From Phoronis australis (lineage: Eukaryota > Animalia > Phoronida): a stretch of 64,000 bases of DNA. How positions within the stretch are numbered: the stretch's first letter is position 1; each line of letters opens with the position of its first letter. The notes beneath the pieces were generated by a model. That model saw only the letters and a list, made by a program, of their open reading frames with translations, had not been told where the DNA came from and ran no database searches. The stretch covers positions 116,362 through 180,361 of the forward strand of contig NMRA01000602.1 in assembly GCA_002633005.1 (NCBI GenBank). Direction: 5' to 3'. Positions 1 through 12,869 of this stretch are shown piece after piece. Position numbers and translations under genes: made by a program.

Positions 1-1699
1 TTCACTCAAGAGAGGCAAAAACTCCTGCAAAGTGGGAATCTGATAGTTTGGGACAACCAAGGCTAATAGTTAAGGTTAATAGTCTGACTTGGATCAATAC
101 ACAGCGTAATCCTTTTCAACAACAGTCATATTTGAACACCAAGCAGTGGGATTATCCAGTTTTTCTAATTTACGCTCTTTAATCATTTCATCAACCTTTG
201 CCTTGACACTTGGTCGCTTAGCAACAGGTATTCTGTGAACAGGGGCATGAACAGGGGTTACCTGCGGGTCAATAGTGAAACATACTGGTTTACCAAGATC
301 TCTCATACCATCAAAATTGTCTTTGAAAGAATCCAATACGTAAGGCAGAGAGAGTGTTTGGGGATCTGATGTTGAAGAGAATTGTGAATAGGTCAGAGAA
401 TCTATGCAGTTAGCATTACCACGAAGGTTACAAGGAGAGTCACCTACCCTAGACTCGTCAACTACAATGAGGCCCAAGCGTAGGGAATCCAAACTACCCA
501 GAAGTGGGACACAGCCCGGCTGGTCAGGTATTACCTCGAACTGTAAATCAAAAAACTTTTGATCTGTTTCACAAATGAGCGTAGTTTGACCAGCAGGTCT
601 TATGGTGTTACCAGAGTAAGATTTAAGAACTGAATTCGACTTGGAGAGCTTGACACCAACAAACCTATTCAACATAGATTTAGGTAATGTGTTACAAGTG
701 GCAGCTGTATCTACCTGCAGTTTAGTCGTAACAAAGTTACTACCATCAACAGAAAGTCTCAGCGGAACAAAGAGTTTCTTGGTCAACGCATCAGCGTCAT
801 GTTGAATGCACAAAGTCTCTTGCCGGTGTTCAGTCTCGGAGTCACTGTCACTGTTAAGCGCGTGGACATCAGAGCGTTTCCTGGGACTGGATTTTGGAGC
901 TGGGCAACAGGACGCAAAATGGGACGACTTTGCTCTGCAGTTATAACATTCAACTCCCGACCTACGGGCAGGGCACTGTCCTGCCGGATGAGATTATCCA
1001 CAATTGGTGCACTTCAAAATCCGCTTGCCCTTGCCATAGGCACCGCCAGTACGAGTAGGGGGGGGCTTGCAGCATTTGTTAGATTAACCTGCTCCGTCAA
1101 CGTTCCGCCTATCTTATTTGCTGTTGACGTTGCCGCCTCCAAACCTTTTGCATGACGGACAATAGCGCTAAAGGTGGTCACTATATTGTCCATACCTTTG
1201 TGGCGAAGTCGTAACAGCTCTCCCCGCAAGGTTGTTGAGCTCAGACCAAACATAAACTTGTTGCTCATGATCTGGTCAACCAAATCCCCATAATCAAGGG
1301 GCGAGGCTGCTCGCCTGACACGAGTTTTCCACGTACTAATGTCCTTCATGGGTGACTGAGTCAGTTGGGAAATCTCATACCGGTGCCCAAAATGGTGTCG
1401 TCACCCTCATAGTTACTAGCCAAAGCTCTCATCCAGATCCACGGCTTAGGTAAATCAGCCTCGGGAATTTGAGGTTGTATGGTAAAATACACAATGTTGA
1501 GCATATCATTTGACAGTGACGAGCGAAAGGACGCCACTTCCACTGGCCATTCGTCCACGATGTAATGCTCATCCGAGTGAGGCGGCTTAGTCAGGTCTCG
1601 AAATCCATGAATGACACAATAATCATTAAATCGTGACCTCCACAATACAATATCTTCCCGCCTATTGCAGTCCAGCACGGGTAACTTCACCGACGGCAT
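1..1699 (-). pseudogene. Disrupted gag-pro-pol of the Gypsy element
   Basis: Domains are split over several frames by stops and frameshifts (ORFs 1361-1699, 1014-1349, 94-813). Confidence 0.85.
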
Positions 1700-1946
1700 C
1701 TTTATTATTTAACTACAACCCAATATGCTACTAGAGGGTCCTGGAGACAATTGATCAATTCTCGATTGCGCTCGAGGCACGCGCGAGTCTTCTGAATTGT
1801 TCCAAGAGGGGTTGAGATAATTGACTCTAATCGAGTTGTCTCAGAGGCGGCGTGCGAGTCCAAATTCTGCGAAATTTCACAAGTATGTTTTCAGCAAAGA
1901 CACTTACTTTTGCACATATGGGTCACTTTGTCCGTTTCTTTGACGT

Positions 1947-1964
1947 ATCCCACTCCTGACACGA
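1947..1964 (-). other. Primer-binding site, tRNA-Leu type
   Basis: Minus strand reads TCGTGTCAGGAGTGGGAT, one change from the common TGGTGTCAG(G/A)AGTGGGAT PBS, about 250 bp upstream of gag. Confidence 0.7.
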
Positions 1965-4580
1965 AGTTTCGGATGGCTGTCAAGCGTAATTCACTGAGGT
2001 ATTCCCATTAATGAGAACAACGCACGTTTCAGTCTTTCAGTAACTTTTATTGAAACTCCCAGAACAACACACAGATGCCACTCTCTAACATGCACATATG
2101 GACGTGTAAAGGCGGAACTTTGATGTTTTAATCAGCGGGTCATAATTAGCTGAAAAGCTTCCGGAGTAGGAAACTCTTGTGGGAGCTTCACCGCCTCAAT
2201 GCCCAATCGAGAGAAAAACACCGTCAATGAGTGGTCAAACAGCAATAACTGAGCGCAGGAGATCCGCCTGATGATGTTTTTGACTGCCGACCACTTTGTT
2301 TGAATTTCAACGCTGCGTCAGGTGTCCCTGAAGAATTTGCAGCTTCCTAGTTGTACATGTATCTGCTTATCTCGATTGTAGTGTCAAATCGTCGTCCACC
2401 ACGTACATGTACATGTTATCGGTTTTGTATATGTAATAAGAGAGCTACTCGTGCCGCTCGAATTAAACATAGTCTGTGTCATTGAGAGGTTTGGACTTCC
2501 AGAATCACTGTAATGCGCAGTGGTCCTACGTTACACAGACTGCATACACTTGATGTTTTTGAACACCTTCAATCACCGCCTGTTTTCTTACCCAATTGTA
2601 CGGGATTGTCCTAAAAGCCTCTCAACCCCAACACCCCCTCGACCCACAACCCCCTTGACATACTACTATTGCAATAGGTGAATGTTGTTTCACATTTTGT
2701 AATCGCACGGAATTAAGCTGATGAGTGACTTTGCCATGAGTTGTAACTACATTTGAATCTGCACTGGCTAAAGTTTGGTGGTTAAAAACAGAAAGTGGGG
2801 TAAGAACATTATCTGAAATAGCGGATGGTGTGCGTGCTGTCGTTGTCACGGCAATGGCTGTACGAGCGGCTACCAATGGCCCTTTTTAATGTTTATTAAG
2901 AAATCTTCAGAACACAATGAATATACATAACCCAGAAAGCGCCAAGAGGAATTAAATCTGGGTTAAAAATAGAAAGAAGTCAATATACAATTATTATACA
3001 CGAATACATGAATTAACAAACTGTTGTTAAGATTACAATGATATATGATTATGAATGTAAACAATTATTTTCATGCACATGTACATATATACAATTCTAT
3101 CCACTCACACAAACAGATTTATTGTTATAAAGAAATTCTGATATTATTTCAAATAAAACCCTACCAACGGCCCTGTTCTATTAAACTGAGGGAGAAAGTA
3201 CGTGAATGCACATATTTTTACATGTTTCCTATTTTCTTTCTGTTGTGTTCTCATTTAAAAAATATTCCGTGTAACGTTGTGATATTTTTTTAGTTAACAT
3301 TTTCTTTTTCGAACTGTATTTACTAAAATAAATACATATTTGTCAGTTCCTCGCACTCTCCCCAAAAGCCTGAGTCTGCCATTCACTGAGGAGCAGACTA
3401 GACGATTACACTCTGCCGGGAACGACATTTATAACGTTGGTAGATCTTTGATTTGATTTAATCGGGTTCAAGTTTTCTGTTTTTGGCTTTCAAACCGGGA
3501 ACAATCAAGACAAAACCAGCCGAGCTCACGACCAGACATGTTGTTCATGCAAGTCGGCGCTTGTTTTATGTTCATATCGAGTCAGTCTTGTGTAGATTAG
3601 TTTGAAAGTGCTGTAGGCCGTGTGTCACAGGGTCGTGGGTCGAGGTGGTCGTGGGTCCAGCGGAGTGTGTGTTGTGGTGTCGAGGGGGGTTTAGAACAAT
3701 CCAGTTGTCTTCCCAGAGAACTTTTGTTGCGCCCTCAAATACACTGTTTTTTGACGCTCTAAATTTGGACTTAGGTTGGAGAGATTCCCTGTGTGCAATG
3801 TTGACACAGCTGTGGCATTTGTCAGGGTTTTTTGGTACGAAGTGACGGTGGGTGCCATGACTGGTTACCAAAAACTATTTATTGGGCGCTGAACAACATC
3901 GCTATATCGATATTATCACCTGCCCAGCACTTCTTTGTGACAACCCGATAAAAGGACTTGCCCGGAGCAAGTTCATCTTGGGGTTTGTTTGTATCTAGTC
4001 CGAGCGACACTTCCGAAAATGTAGTTCGTGAAGCCTGTTGCCTAAATCACAACCTTTTTCCTATTACATGTACCTTAGACTTGTGGTTAACTGCAACGCT
4101 CTCTCAAACTCATTTTTTCATTGATGTCTAAAATGTATTTTACATATTACGGGGTTTTGATCGATTTAATTCAAATGTTTACCAAAAACTGTTGTTACCC
4201 TGTAACATACATTACATGTGTTTAAGACAGGCTTTTTCGTAGAATCTGCAAATGCTTGAAATGTTGGCGGATGCAGTATCACCGATGGAGCTCATAATTT
4301 GCGTATTGCATTTAACCATCATATAGGTTGTTATACTGTATTTTTTGCTGAAGGTTCGGTTTTCATAAAGTCACAAAAACTGTGTTTTTTCCCGTTGAGA
4401 AACTTGACACTTGATCGAGTGTACCTCAAAAACAGGCAAATGTATTCCGCTTCGTCTGTCGTTACATTGGAAAATTAGTCTTAAAAAGCAATTGGCTATT
4501 AAAAGTAACTGTATTTTGTCCAAATAAAAACATTTAAACGACTTCTTTGTTCTTCTTTGTTGATTTACCGTCGTTCTATA

Positions 4581-5380
4581 GAGGCCAGTGAAGTGAGGTG
4601 TACAAAAACGTGATTTTTGTCCAAGTTCAAAGACTTATTTTTAGGAATTGCAGAGGTTTACCCAAAAATATATGCATTTGTGCTTGAATTGGACTTCGCT
4701 CTTTTATTTCATCCATAGCTAATATTGGTAAAACTTACCCCACGCTCACAATTTTGAAACGATCGGCCGTAGTGAATTTTCGAAAATGCCCTTGAGGCGT
4801 CGCTAGAAAACAGTCATAAATTGCTAATTTTGGTATATTTGGCGTCATTCTTGTACTTTGCAAAGTGATTTAATAAGTCAAAGTCCAAGACGCACTTTAT
4901 GAATCGCATAACCAGGGCGAAAGGGTTACCTATATCGGCTTTCATCTCACTGCTTTTCGGTTCGAGATTAGCACAAATCAAAATGGCTGTAGCAGACAGC
5001 TTCAGCTGTTCGTTTGCAGGAAGATCAAGCTATAAATGCTCAACAGTGGGCGAATAAAGAAACCTGTTACCTCTTAGTTGCTGCAAAAATAATACGGAGA
5101 GTCATATAAAACAAATTAAAGTGTCTGAAGACATTGAGGAATGGCAGTTGTTAATGAACCGAGGAGGATTTGAGCAACTAGACGAGCTCACAGTATGTCC
5201 CCGACACCGCTTGGACTTCGGCTTGGGAATTCCGCCGAAGAAACACTGTTGTTAGCCAGGTCATCGTGGTCGAGGGGTGGAGGCATAACTGCATCCAAGT
5301 CGAGCAGTCCGGTGACCATGAAGTTCGCAAGTGTTGTAAAAAGTTTTGGAAATGAGATCTTACCCATTGGCACAGGTGAG
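4581..5380 (+). mobile_element. Left end of a DNA transposon (possibly Sola3-like) with a decayed first coding exon at 4983-5375
   Basis: Starts GAG after TATA, then ~400 bp of noncoding terminal-type sequence. It is followed by MAVADSFSCSFAG...PLSCCKNNTESHIK...TVCPRHRLDFGLG...HCC*PGH...LPIGT with stops and a frameshift, ending at a GTGAG donor (5376). No right end seen; superfamily is inferred. Confidence 0.4.
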
Positions 5381-7074
5381 GAATGTGAAAGCTAGTAAAG
5401 CATTACTAATTTTGTAATTATGATTCGTCTCTGACATAGACGTAGTCATTGGTGAGGGGTTCAAGTGGATCAATTGCTCGCCATTGATCATTGCAAAATA
5501 ACTTTTCCACCAGTGGCGAATCATTTCAATTTTGTTTTTATCTTCCTGGTCTCATTCGCCCCACCCCCACCCAGTGCCTCAGCGTCGGCTCACACCTGTT
5601 GAATACATCTGTGCCAGTGATGACTTTTATAACGTTACACCAGTATTGAGGCAATTTTTGTTGATTTTAATTATCATGCAAGCACACTGTCCTACTGTTT
5701 TCACCTTCTAGTTTGATGTCTCATGAGCCTCAGACTGGAAATTGATTTAACCAGAAGGCAGAACTACTATAATTTACCTGAAGTTGATAGGACTTACAAA
5801 CTCGTGTTTGAGGCTTGGTAGCAGAAAGTCTTCCTTGACCTCATAGAAATTGACTATGGTTTGATTTACCATTTCCTTTCAAGCTGTGTTAAATATTTTG
5901 AATTCAAAGAAAATGACATTGAAGTGTATTACTGGAATTTTCCGTCTGATTTCAATAGATCAATGTCAACAAGTCATGATGCTAAATTAGTTAACCTATA
6001 CAAATATTGCATGCTTTTCGACTCCATGGTAGTTTGCTCCACTCTTTAGTACGTTACATGTTGTTGTTCTGTATAGTGGGCGTATGACCTTTATTGTAGA
6101 AAGATATTGATTGATTAATTGATGTTTAAAAGTAGTAAACTGTCGTTTTCTTATTGGACTTCGAGAGTAAGATCTGTCTTTTATTTAGAATGTTTCGGAT
6201 TTATGCTTCTTAGATTTTTGAAATGGGAACCAGTTATGTGTTTATGCACGTTTTTGCTGACAATGACATACAACCTCGTGGATGATAAACTGCAGTTCTG
6301 AAAATGATTTTGAAAACGCAAAGGTCGATAATTAACCCTTGCATCACAATTGTATCCATCATTTTTCTGCGTTTGAGTGAGCAAGGGACCAGTATTAATG
6401 CACACATTTGACCCAAACGACGGCAAAGTACATTATTTACAATGACGTCTTTGAGAAGACTGTTAGAGGTTAACTTTTTTTTAAGTCGTAAACACCATGT
6501 ACAGAGGACGCTGACGTCTGATTTGGTCAAAATTTTGATCCATGTTAGTGAAGTTCTTTTGCGCCGTTGTGCTAGATGCTTGTCATTGTACAGACGTTAC
6601 AGTCCTACAGCGTCAATGAAATGTGGTTTTATTCTTGTTGTATAAGGTCCGAACATCGCAGTCGCAACAACTAAAGATCGCATGCTAGTTGCAAAGACGT
6701 TGTGCAAACATCGGGACATCTAATTTCAACAGATGATGGTTTTTAAGTTGAAATATCGTTGTCACAACATTGGGTTGGGCTCGGCCCTAACGGAGTCGGG
6801 TTTTAATTGATTGCATTTGCGTTGTTTAGACGTGTCAATTTGGCCGGCAGTATTTATGATTGTTTTCCCATGATAAGTGCCTGTTCTCGAACACGCTTAG
6901 CTCAGTCGAATAGACGGTCTTGTTATTCAAACGTTCTGGGCTGAAAGAATTTTACGAATCCCCACTGAATTGGCACAGTTTTGCCCGTTACATATCGTAA
7001 TGAGTGTGATTACCAATTGATTTAGATTTCTCAATGTGTTAGTTTCCTGTAACAAGCTATTACTGTGTGCTGCA

Positions 7075-7159
7075 AAACCGGAAGTGGCTTTCAAGATGGC
7101 GGATATTCCACATTTTTACCCTTTTTCAGTTGTGCTCAGGTGCCATTTTCGTCATGTCC

Positions 7160-7190
<31 letters not shown>

Positions 7191-8190
7191 TCGTTATCTC
7201 TATCTCCTATCTTCAGTCAGTTTCGCCAAGTTTCCTTCCGAGTGCTTTCATTTATTTGTTCACGTTCTACAGTTTGCATTTTTCGTTCGATTCGCACGAA
7301 ATGTGCACACGGTCTGTATACCCGAAAGCGCTGGAGGCCTATTGTTTTTAGTTATGATGGGATTCAAAATGGCGGACGTGACGGCCATTTTATTTTCAAA
7401 TTCGGATTGCAAATATGACGTACGTGTGTGAAAATCAGTACGATTATAGACAAGTGTCACAGATGTGCCGAGGATCTTTTACTTCCAGTCAAAGATCACC
7501 CACTGGGTATGCGCACCTCAATTTCGAGACGAAGACGTTTTGTCCTGTAGAGCGCGCATGGTAGGACCAATTGCTTCGAAAATTTTCACGTGTTAGTTCT
7601 TTGTAGTAAGCTATGATCGAGTACTGCTCAACCTTGAGTGGTATTCAAAGTGGAGGATCTGAAGCATTTCCATCAATTTTCAATCGTTCTTGGGTACCAT
7701 TTAAACGGGAGGAGGAAATGACGTAATTTTTTGCATGGGGATTTTCTAAAATGTACTCTTTCAAATGGACTGCAACATTTTTTTCGCAGACTTACCGTTT
7801 TTGAGTTTTTGTCATTGAATTTCAAAAAACATGTAATCTCATTTTTCCGAAAAATTTGTGGATTTTTGGGAAACAAATATGTTAGGTAGAAATTTTAACG
7901 GCTTCCAGAAAAAGTTTTTTGGCTATGTTGTCTCGTTTGTTAATTTTCCGGGATTTATTTTCTAATGGCGCTTGTTCGTTTGTTAATTGAACATTGCTGC
8001 ATTTTGTTGAATTGTCTTCTTTTGAAAAAGACTACATATCTTAGTCGTTTCTGACGTCGTCGTTCGTTATGTGATTGTTATCATCATGATCATCATCACT
8101 ACTATCACCATCATCAACGTCATCATCTTCTTCACTGATGTATTTTCAGTTAATTTCGCCCAGTGTCGCTCCTCCGAGCGCTTTCATTTA
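7075..8190. repeat. Composite dispersed repeat with (CAT)n tracts, Helentron/HINE-like
   Basis: 7480-8170 aligns by eye with 47390-48075 (shared block ACGTTTTGTCCTGTAGAG..GTAGGACCAA.TGCTTCGAAA) and 7250-7420 with 46195-46360 (TGACGGCCATTTT). (CAT)n at ~7157-7192 and ~8075-8130. Family is inferred. Confidence 0.55.
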
Positions 8191-10102
8191 TCTTTTCAAA
8201 AACCTTCTGCCTTCAAGATGGATCCGAGAAATGAAAAAGGGTTGTATGTTTAAAAGCTTTTGGTATCATGAAAAGGAATTTGACGAGGCCTTTAACCTGA
8301 TCTGCACACATGTACACAGTTAGTCACGAGTTTTGGTACGGGGATCATGACACCTGCTCATTGGAAAAGGGAGATCACGCCGGTTGAACACATTTCAGTT
8401 TTGCATTATTAATAAGCGAGATCAAGCTCATGTCATAGGCCACGTTTTGCTGATACAATCGGTCATGCGAGTTCCAACTGGCAGAGATAAATTGCGTCTT
8501 ATCTCCCGGACTTCAAAGCCAGTCGGCTGTACTGCAAAACCCAATGGCCAGTGTTTCAAACTTGTTGGCGAACATTGAAACGTGATGTCCACTACCTCAA
8601 TACCACATGGTAGCACCCCAAAAACTGGTTGGATGGTACATAAATGATCTGGCTGTTGCTCAAACACAATGACCGAACAGGAAGTTCGGCCGCCACACTT
8701 GATCTCCGACAAACTGGTTAAACCACCGACCATGTGTTTTAGGTCCAGCCAGCTAGTTTTTGGAGTGAGACCACGCGGACAACACCTTTGTTGACTGGCC
8801 ATCTGATTTTGCAGTCTAGTTGATTGGTTTTTAAGTTCGGTAAATGGTTGTGAAGTCCGACTAATTGTCGACCCCCCTGAATATAGAAACAACAAGAAAC
8901 CAAATAACGTGAATAGTGACCCTGATACAAGTTTATAACAATACTAACAGTGGTCGCAATGATACCAGAAATAGCAACAATGCTATCAAGCGCAACATCA
9001 TTACCTAGGCTGAACACTCGAGTACGCGTGTTGCTCATGTCGGCTTCCTTTGTGTAATCCGATCCCCTTTCCAATAAACACATATGTGGAAAACAGGACA
9101 TTTTATACCTTTGTAACACCTGGGCATGACTACTTAATTATTGGCCCTTAAGACTAATTTGGCTCTTGCCTCCGACCCGTTTCCTGGTGAATGACATTAG
9201 GCTAGAAACAGAAGGTCCATAAGTACCGCTTTCTCTTTAAGGCCTCCCACTTACCAGCAGGTTAATTAGAATACTGCTTGATTGGTTATTGTTATCATTT
9301 TGCACCGTGTGCTTACATCTAAGACAGTCCTTTTGTTGATGAATTGCGAACATAAACGTGAAAGCAACCAGCGAGTGTAATCATGCATTGAATGAACAAA
9401 TGTAAGATTAAATGACAATAATTCCTCAAAACCTGTACACTTCGAATTTTGCACTACTCTTCTTAAACATCCGTTTTTTTCATATAAAGTTATATTTCGG
9501 GCACGTGGGTGAAAATGTTAGTTAAGAGTTAAGAACGCAAAACCAATCGTAACACGTGTTGCCTTAGTGTAACAAGTACGTCGAAGAGTATTCGTAAAAT
9601 AAAAGCGCAAAATACTTTTCAGTCTAAGAATATCATGTTATTCATTCAAAGATGTTTATGAAACATTGGTGATTTTTATGAACATTCCAACACACAGTAA
9701 TTGATATGATATTGTTAGACATATATTATACCACATGCATTTGGAGAAAACTCACTTGTGGGAAGGTGCACTAGACCAAAGGTGCACTACTGGTCCAAAA
9801 GTCTGTTAAGAAGGGAGAACTGTACCATGAAGTTTAAGAATGCAATTTTTTGTTGGCATTCTGCACATTTCACTGATGCCAGAAACCATGGTAAGAATCA
9901 ATCAACGGCTGCATTTGATTCCCTACTCCGGGCTTGGCAGTCGACAGGCAAATACGTTGATTGGTTTGTGAGCCCGAAGTCCACGGTCACCGGCAACCAA
10001 TCAAATATCTGCCGGTTGACCAAGAGTACGCCGAATGAGTGCAGCAAAAGAATTAAAGTAACGAAAAGATATAAAGGCACAATAAAAATATAAGTTTAAA
10101 TA

Positions 10103-10760
10103 CAGTGGGATCTGTTCTTTAATTTGTAATATTCTGCTTCAAAACTGCCACGCTTGAAAAATTTTGGCGAACGGCAAAATTCTCTTCCTTGTGTCACCCT
10201 TCGTGTCTCAAGTTTTTGCAATAACTAAATAAATTCACCAAAAATTCAAAGAGATCTTTGTCTGAAGATCGGAAAACAGTCGGAGTACTGGTTTGTCCGA
10301 ACATAAGGCTGTCACGATGTTGGGTAAATTGTCGTTAATACTGAGCTACCGTGAAATGTTGAAACATTGTTTCCGGAATATTGGGCTAAAACCAATAAAA
10401 CCCTGCTTTGAGCCCCTATTTTTCAAGGGAAAGAAAGCCGAGAAAAGAGATAGTACATGAGGTGCGGTTGTTTTCGGTAGTTGATAAGGTGAATGTTACC
10501 AGGCCACGGGAACATGTTAGAGGGTTTTCAAAATGCTTTAATTGTCACATCATGAGGCAGTGCAGGTTAGAATTATTGGAAAACATGCATCTGCCATCGT
10601 TTCTTGCGTAGAAACATTCTGGTCATATTTCATGATATTTCACCCAAGACATGTAGTCATAGAAATTGCCACCCTAGGCGGGCCAACAGTAGCCGAATTA
10701 TTTAACGTCGTCCGATTTCATCACCACAGAAACACATTTGCAAAAATTAATGAAGTCCTT
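10103..10760 (-). mobile_element. Possible highly decayed Tc1/mariner remnant
   Basis: TA-CAGTGG terminus at 10101-10108. Minus-strand translation gives VFQ*..PALPH and MFPWPGN, resembling the Tc1 motifs FQQDNAPCH and WPxNSPDLNPIE. Confidence 0.3.
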
Positions 10761-11721
10761 TTAGGAGGATTACGAAGTATAGCTGCTAAAAGCCTGTAGC
10801 CAAGGACTATAAAATAAGCGATGACATGTCCTTTATACCGGCTGTGCTTGGAAACAAACAAAAAGTCCATCTTTGATATCTTTATTTTTATTCACTAATA
10901 GAAAGAATATTTAAACTACCAGCATCCCACAAACTGGCTCCCATAGCACATCAAAAATTAGAAGATCCAGGGGGTCAAGGGGCTCCGGATCCCCTTCCCC
11001 CTTTGACTTTATTGATATCAAATATAGATTTTCAAATTGTTGACTTCGACGCATATTTTAGAAAAATCTTTTACTTAACCACACTTTTAAAAATCTTGCC
11101 TCCGCCCTTTCGAAAATGGCTAAAATCATTTACAGAAATTGTTAAAAATTTACAGAGATTTGGCACGCCAATGAAGATTAACGGAAACCCATTTGAAAGT
11201 GCAAAGACTGTCTTCTGATAGAGAGGTTCAATCTGTACCTGGGAATAATATATATTTGACATTGGTCCTAGATCTCTACATACACATACTAGAGATTTTT
11301 TTTATTCCTGTTCTTTTAAGCTGTTTTAAAACTACTTCATTAACTGAGGCTTTCTGGACAAACAATGACCTATTTTGGGCCAAAATATTCATGATGTTCA
11401 AAAAATTTAAATAAACATTTTTTAAGAGCATTTCTCTCCAGGAAGAATGAACACAATTTTTTTAAGATCTGATTCGGAGACCCTAGAGTCTTCCCTTTGG
11501 TGCTTTCATAAATTTGCAGTTAAAAAGACATGGGGTTCAGTTTATCATAAAAGATTAGCAATTAATCCCTATCCGAAAACCAATGCCAGATTACACAATA
11601 GCCTAGCCGACGCTCTCTGTATACCTGATGAGAGGGAAATGTACCCCAAAAATTTGTGCCCGTATCGATTTTCATTACCCGTAAAATGGCAACTGAAAAT
11701 GACGAAACACAACACTTGAAT

Positions 11722-11952
11722 ACAGTTGCTGAACGTGTCTCAGAAGTTCCTCACAATTCAAGGGTTCGCAGCACTGGCTGGAGCATAAACATACATTACG
11801 TCGGACGTTTAGTTTGGGTAGGCTTGTGAACGTACGGTCGAGATTCATAAATGGATTAACTCGAACCAGTCTTCAGCCTATCGTCGCACCGAAAGCTATT
11901 AGCACCGGTCTGTAACAACCTGCGCCCACCCACACACGGGGAAAACGTGACA
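11722..11952 (+). mobile_element. 3' (U5) fragment of the LTR family found complete at 29157-30206
   Basis: Reverse-complement match over ~230 bp to 29157-29387; ends in GTGACA. Confidence 0.8.
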
Positions 11953-12259
11953 GATGGCCGTTATTTGTTGTCCAGTGAATGTAACATAAATTTTTAAGAG
12001 TCTTTATTGCATGACTGAAACGTGTCCTTTGGTTTTTGACTGAAAAACTTATGTATTGGAAACAATTCAAGCTTTCAAAAGTTTTTCAATACCATCTTAA
12101 AATTTCTGATAACCAATATTTTTCAACAAACTTAAGTTTTTTGAATTACCTATACTTAAGCCATCCTGACTTCTTTAGTGTTTAGGAAAACTTAAGTTTT
12201 TCTAATTATAAAGGTAAAGGTTTCTTGACTTATTAAGTTTTTTAAAAACTAAGAACTGT

Positions 12260-12740
12260 ATGTCTAACAATTATCTTAGTGACGAACATGTTCTTAAGAA
12301 GATTGTAAGGGATAACGGTAAAGTGGTCAAACCTGGTGATAGATTAAATGTAGTCATTTATTATCAGAATATAAAGTCACGTCACCTTGTTATGACAAAC
12401 AACCCCAGTCGTGAAAGACTACGACTTATGGCCGAATCTAATGTTGTTCACCAATTCACATGTCATATGGCTGAATGTCTTCGTCCTCATTCTCGTGAAC
12501 AGCGTTACATTGGACACATTTTGTGTTCTCTCTCGCGACGGTTGTCCAGGCACTTGCAAAGGGGTGGNCACAATCATGGCCGAAAAACAACTACGCAAGA
12601 AATAGTAGAGAATACCATCATTCGCTATGTTGAAAATAACGTATTTCGGCTAATGATTTTGGAATCACAAATAACCAATCACGAAAAACCGGTGCTGAAT
12701 GAACAGCTCACAGGTGTAGTCGCACGCTGGCTCTATTTCG
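12260..12740 (+). pseudogene. Penelope-like element GIY-YIG endonuclease fragment
   Basis: ESNVVHQFTC...RYIGH..CSLSRRLSRH...LMILES.ITNHEKPVLNEQ is the PLE GIY-YIG pattern. One N base at 12568. Confidence 0.8.
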
Positions 12741-12869
12741 ATAAGGTTGCGGGCTTCCTACCGTGTGTTTCATTCACACTTTCTGCTTGTACAACAACTA
12801 TTTTACTGTGAAATGTCATGTACAGTGTTTTATTTTATATATACTCATACGTTTGTGTTCGTGATGCCA

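Larger units (their letters stand above)
1..2220 (-). mobile_element. Gypsy/Ty3 LTR retrotransposon, 5' half (LTR, PBS, gag, protease, start of RT), degenerate; runs off the window
   Basis: Minus-strand order is gag-like ORFs (1361-1699, 1014-1349), two zinc knuckles at ~900-1012 (CTNCG*SHPAGQC, CYNCRAKSSHFASCC), protease motif LQVDTAATCN, then RT N-terminus (PVHAPVHRIPVA...PTAWCSNMTVVEK). PBS at 1947-1964; minus-strand AATAAA near 2046-2051. The outer LTR limit (2220) is tentative. Confidence 0.85.

Noticed and set aside
799-1155. Plus-strand ORF over the Gypsy gag
   Set aside because: Antisense shadow of the retroelement coding sequence.
7036-7431. Poly-His / poly-Ser / poly-Ile ORFs
   Set aside because: Three-frame readings of a (CAT)n microsatellite in a dispersed repeat.
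11620-11650. Hammerhead-like CTGATGA..GAAA upstream of the Penelope element (similar partial cores near 16224, 18908, 48556)
   Set aside because: No convincing stem II/III pairing, or the conserved core is broken.
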